From: Bacteroidota bacterium | GTDB lineage: Bacteria > Bacteroidota > Ignavibacteria > Kapaibacteriales > UBA2268 | DNA length: 64,000 nucleotides | Direction of reading: 5' to 3' | Assembly (NCBI GenBank): GCA_040264895.1 | Contig: JBDQHL010000003.1 | Span: 72-64,071, forward strand | Shown here: piece after piece, positions 61,301 through 64,000 of the stretch | How positions within the stretch are numbered: the stretch's first letter is position 1 | How the letters are laid out: every line of letters begins with the position of its first letter | Translations under genes and position numbers: made by a program | The notes under the pieces: generated by a model | What the model saw: only the letters and a program-made list of their open reading frames with translations | Database searches by the model: none | Told to the model about the DNA's origin: nothing

Positions 61301-61424
61301 TAGTTTCAATGAATTTCCATTCGAATTCTTGGTATTGAACTCTATTCTTTCCGAACTGGGAATACACACTGGCAGTTGAGAGTAAAGCAATTGAAAGTAT
61401 TATAAAGCTTTTTATAAATTTCAT
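58344..61424 (-). CDS. 1026-aa outer-membrane protein with unusual architecture: signal peptide, HExxH Zn-metallopeptidase-like domain, multiple PD40/TolB-like propeller repeats, C-terminal Omp85 (bacterial surface antigen) beta-barrel
   Basis: 'VVHHELVHGVLNDMFHGG...NEGLCEY' (HExxH plus downstream Glu); repeats such as 'WSPNGEQLAFIATDDEKSDIYTYDL'; C-terminal 'YPMRGFS...NAEFRFPM' resembles Omp85 RGF/ExRFP motifs; terminal aromatic '...LGYDF'. Confidence 0.6.
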   Translation of the reverse strand: MKFIKSFIILSIALLSTASVYSQFGKNRVQYQEFEWKFIETKHFDIYFHQGGEYLAKFTAVEAERALQSIESNLKYNMKMRISFIVFNSHNQFQQNNIINSFLSENVGGVTQLFKNRIVVPYQGDYEQFRHVVHHELVHGVLNDMFHGGTLQSSLRNQGYFIPGWLNEGLCEYLSNDGMDTQTDIFMRDVAISESLPELQRISGYAQYRVGQTFYWYVADKYGKEKVADFINRLNIHKNLEVAFKSSFDMSLEEFNEMWERDIKRIYWPDLEKFKALPEIADRITKRKKLGNFYNSAPAISPDGDQMAFISEQGGVFVVAVMEDLDDMKSIRPLVSSFRTQDFEDLNMLTPGISWNPDGNKIAISAKSGGQDAVFITDVETGAYDKLTWGLKSISSVTWSPNGEQLAFIATDDEKSDIYTYDLESEELKNLTNDLFTDELPAWAPNSESIYFISDRGSRTATNIGPDDMEMWDYNYGKNDIYRIDISSSKVERLTDDVDNRKTSVAVSSDESKILYISDKNGIGNIYSLDLNSRKSRPLTNSLQGITQLSLDRDDSKVLFGTQIDGGYDIFSIDYPFDIELEEEILPLTDYKRTQAKRDSLIREINNKKIDTVSNKKDDQLISYGDFNIDFENQEIVKPNQKVQIVNNGEDEEYDENFRIKDYKLKFSPDIILANPGYSTFFGAQGSTQMLFSDELGNHQLFFQANLLIDLRNSNFYGAYSYLPGIIDYQFSGFHNAGFTSTGLGGAVLRFRSYGGAISAQYPFDLFNRAELNMTWYNLSRTDIVNAGEPSVTRTLIVPEFKYVHDDVLFGLYGPRDGTRYNFTVTGSPNIFSDGLEFFTFETDIRTYHPLSDFIGFAFKFTSGASFGDDAQQFYLGGTDNWLNRSFRNGRLPFNEPEDFAFMNFKYPMRGFSIAANNGSKYFLTNAEFRFPMLTALIAGPLPILIQGVMGAVFLDVGAAWDDNFNPTNIVDPLSFRKEYDDLMISSGLGIRTYVLGLPLKIDIAWSKTYDNWSVPQYLFSLGYDF

Positions 61425-61753
61425 ATTCTAATTGTATTTTTCAAATTTTATAAAGTTAACGAAAAATGTCCGTAAACCTTTTCTATATAAAACGAAATAT
61501 ACCCAATTGGTTACAAATATCGAAGATTAATAGAGTGTAAAAAGGCTTAAATCTAAATAAAAGTATTTGAGATTTGATGTATTTAGCCAAAAATGTTAAA
61601 ATTTATCTTGTATATCAGAGTATGCAAGTAGCTTGCCAAAAAACTATTCATCCTAACTTTTACATAGAGAAAAAGACTGATTACATACACTTCTTATTAC
61701 GTTCAATATTTCTTAACTTTGATTTTCTTTTAATACACAATTACTAATCAAAT

Positions 61754-62515
61754 GTGAATAAATTAATATTATTATTCAGCCTCACTAGCATAACTATTGC
61801 TCAAGTAAATACAGAGGCAATTCGTAATAGTAGCATAAAAAATGGATTTAGGTCTAAAATTGATTTGCTATTTGGGCTAAATGCAGGAAACTCAGAATAT
61901 ATTAGTGGTGAAGCAAATTTGAGAATGGACTATATAGGAGTAAATTACCGTACATTCATAGCTGGTCAAATTGCTTATAAAGAAGGTAACGAAGAAGTAA
62001 TAAGCAATAAAGGGTTCTTACATGGTAGATTTATTTACGAACTAAGTGAGCTCTTCGAACCAGAGCTGTTTTTACAAAAAGAATACAACGAGTTTGTATT
62101 GATAGCTGACAGAAACTTAGCCGGTGGTGGTATCAGATGGTCAATATTTGATAATGACTTTGTTGCTGACTCGTCACGGGAATTTGATTTATTTCTAGGT
62201 GTGGGAGCTATGTATGAAATGGAAGAAATAAATCAGAATCCCACTGCGGTAACAGAAATTTTACGCTCAACCAATTATTTAACTTTACTATGGAAGCCAA
62301 GTGAAAATTTTTTGTTAAATTCGGTAACTTACTTTCAGGTAGATGTAAATAGATTAGCTGACCATAGGGTTTTGAATGACACAAACTTGAATTTTAAAAT
62401 AACTGAGTCAGTCAAATTTGTATTTTCATTGAGTTACAGATACGATAGCGAACCCCCTGGGAGTATAAAACCATATGATTTGGAATTAAAAAATGGGATA
62501 ACCTTTGAATTATAA
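61754..62515 (+). CDS. DUF481-like outer-membrane beta-barrel protein
   Basis: Signal peptide, alternating beta-strand pattern, C-terminal '...GITFEL'. Confidence 0.55.
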   Translation: MNKLILLFSLTSITIAQVNTEAIRNSSIKNGFRSKIDLLFGLNAGNSEYISGEANLRMDYIGVNYRTFIAGQIAYKEGNEEVISNKGFLHGRFIYELSELFEPELFLQKEYNEFVLIADRNLAGGGIRWSIFDNDFVADSSREFDLFLGVGAMYEMEEINQNPTAVTEILRSTNYLTLLWKPSENFLLNSVTYFQVDVNRLADHRVLNDTNLNFKITESVKFVFSLSYRYDSEPPGSIKPYDLELKNGITFEL

Positions 62516-63107
62516 ATGGAAGATAATAGCGCTTTTGTTTATTGCATTTTGTCTTTCTTCTTGTGACAAAGAAGAGTCGAATATCGAATATACAAAGCAA
62601 ATAGAAGAGTACAGAGCAAATGTAATTGACTTTTTTCTCAACTCTCAAGATTCACCATTAGTAGATATGATGGAGAAATCTGAGCCTATATACTATGCTC
62701 CAAAAGAAAAGTATAGAGTTGAGGCATATTTAGAACAATTTGACAATCAGGACACATTAGAAATGCTTACAACTCAGAGCGATGTTAGAAAAATGGTTCG
62801 TTATGGCGAGTTACAATTTAAATTAGATGATCAAAAATATACATTGAATGCATACATTAATGTTGAGCACCCTGAGAGCTTTTTTGTTCCATTCCACGAC
62901 AAAACAAATGGCAAAGAAACATATGAAGCAGGTAGATATATAGATATAGAAAGAACAGATAAGACTCAATATATTTTAGATTTTAACTTAGCTTACAACC
63001 CTTATTGCTATTACAATCCAAAGTATTCTTGTCCGATTGTACCAGAAGAAAATATATTAAACACAAAAATAGAAGCAGGCGAAAAGGCAGACAATGAAAA
63101 ACATTAG
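62505..63107 (+). CDS. DUF1684-like lipoprotein
   Basis: Lipobox 'CLSSC'; 'LAYNPYCYYNPKYSCPIVPEEN' matches the DUF1684 conserved Cys-containing motif. Confidence 0.55.
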   Translation: MNYKWKIIALLFIAFCLSSCDKEESNIEYTKQIEEYRANVIDFFLNSQDSPLVDMMEKSEPIYYAPKEKYRVEAYLEQFDNQDTLEMLTTQSDVRKMVRYGELQFKLDDQKYTLNAYINVEHPESFFVPFHDKTNGKETYEAGRYIDIERTDKTQYILDFNLAYNPYCYYNPKYSCPIVPEENILNTKIEAGEKADNEKH

Positions 63108-63711
63108 AATTATCTTAGTAGTATTGTTGATAGTGGGTTTTAACTCATGTATCATAGTTAAAAAAGACGGCAAAGAACAAAGGGACGCAATTGTTAAGCT
63201 TAGCCCAAAGCCTATAGTACCTATGCAAGAGGAAACAATAAGATCTGAAGCAGGAGATATGATTGTCTCAATTCCCGAAGGTTGGTTCTTTGTAGATATG
63301 GATAATAAACTTTCAGCAGAAACTATCGCCATAGCTACTAACCCAGAATACAATTTAACTGCAGTATTCAAAAGGATATTACCTTCTAATACATTAGAAT
63401 TAAATTACAAAAACGAAAAATTAAAAGGTGTAGCAGAGTATAGCTACAAGCAAAAAGCTAATACTACTAATGGTAAGTGTCAGTTAACATCAGATTATGG
63501 TGATATAATAGCTGGCAATATATCCTTTGGTAGCTACACTTACTCAAATACTGGCGGTACTTTGACAGCAAGAACAGCAGTGCTAAAAACTGACATAGAT
63601 AATTACTATGAGTTCACGCTTATACCAACAGACATAAATGGTATGTCATACCCAACGGAAATTGAGCAAGAAAACATATTCAAATCAATATTAGCTACAT
63701 TAAAGTATTAA
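63094..63711 (+). CDS. Hypothetical lipoprotein
   Basis: Signal peptide plus 'GFNSC' lipobox; no recognisable domain. Confidence 0.4.
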   Translation: MKNIRIILVVLLIVGFNSCIIVKKDGKEQRDAIVKLSPKPIVPMQEETIRSEAGDMIVSIPEGWFFVDMDNKLSAETIAIATNPEYNLTAVFKRILPSNTLELNYKNEKLKGVAEYSYKQKANTTNGKCQLTSDYGDIIAGNISFGSYTYSNTGGTLTARTAVLKTDIDNYYEFTLIPTDINGMSYPTEIEQENIFKSILATLKY

Positions 63712-63712
63712 T

Positions 63713-64000
63713 ATGGAAATATCAAAAGACACACAAAACGTAGTAGGTACAGTAGACAGTTTTACAGAGAAATCATTACTTAAGAAAAATGACTTCTCGC
63801 TACTAGTAGAACTTTCAGCAACATTTAATCAAATAGAAGCCTTTAATCAAGCTGTATTCAATGGTACTGCATTCTTTAAGCTTTCCAAAAAGCTGAATAA
63901 AATAGACCCAAATGATGAGACCGCAGCTAACTTTAAGAAAGAATTTGAGTCCTATTTGGAAATATTTAAATCAAATATAATAACTATTTCCGAAGGGTTA
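63713..64000 (+). CDS. Hypothetical protein, 3'-partial (runs off the window end)
   Basis: ATG-initiated frame open to nt 64000. Confidence 0.3.
   Translation, partial: MEISKDTQNVVGTVDSFTEKSLLKKNDFSLLVELSATFNQIEAFNQAVFNGTAFFKLSKKLNKIDPNDETAANFKKEFESYLEIFKSNIITISEGL

Noticed and set aside
1-64000. tRNA genes, rRNA genes, CRISPR arrays
   Set aside because: No T-arm/acceptor-like tRNA signatures, no rRNA-like conserved blocks, and no regularly spaced direct repeats were seen anywhere in the window.

Overview
AT-rich (about 33-35% GC) chromosomal segment, most consistent with a Bacteroidota/FCB-group bacterium: several proteins end in type IX secretion (T9SS) C-terminal sorting domains, and there are many SxxC lipoproteins and PD40/TolB-like propellers. 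Most of the window is housekeeping: mraZ-rsmH, mazG, gltX, mnmE, sod, glmS, ssb, aat, a class A PBP, rlmD, queE, murQ, a class II RNR nrdJ, dinB, adk, hutU. Interspersed accessory content: an arsR-arsI-acr3-arsC arsenic/organoarsenical island; an orphan sigma-54 response regulator co-directional with GT2/GT4 glycosyltransferases; a RelE/ParE toxin-antitoxin pair; a Rrf2 | YceI-MarR-OYE stress cluster; and several decayed genes (frameshifted T9SS hydrolase, YciI-like gene with two frameshifts, DUF805 remnant, SDR N-terminal stub, 5'-truncated T9SS cargo, TPR remnant). The most unusual items are: (i) an IS1 InsA-type zinc-ribbon/HTH plus degenerate DDE transposase-like gene with a TTG start 4 nt after adk and no IS ends, a candidate domesticated transposase; (ii) a 1026-aa Omp85-family outer-membrane protein whose periplasmic part carries an HExxH metalloprotease-like domain and PD40 propellers where POTRA domains would normally be; (iii) a GC-rich, hairpin-dense roughly 290-nt island in the nrdJ/relE convergent gap; (iv) an orphan strong terminator with a roughly 350-nt non-coding stretch, a candidate sRNA. 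No tRNA, rRNA or CRISPR array was found. All calls come from reading the translations and the DNA directly; no database search was possible.
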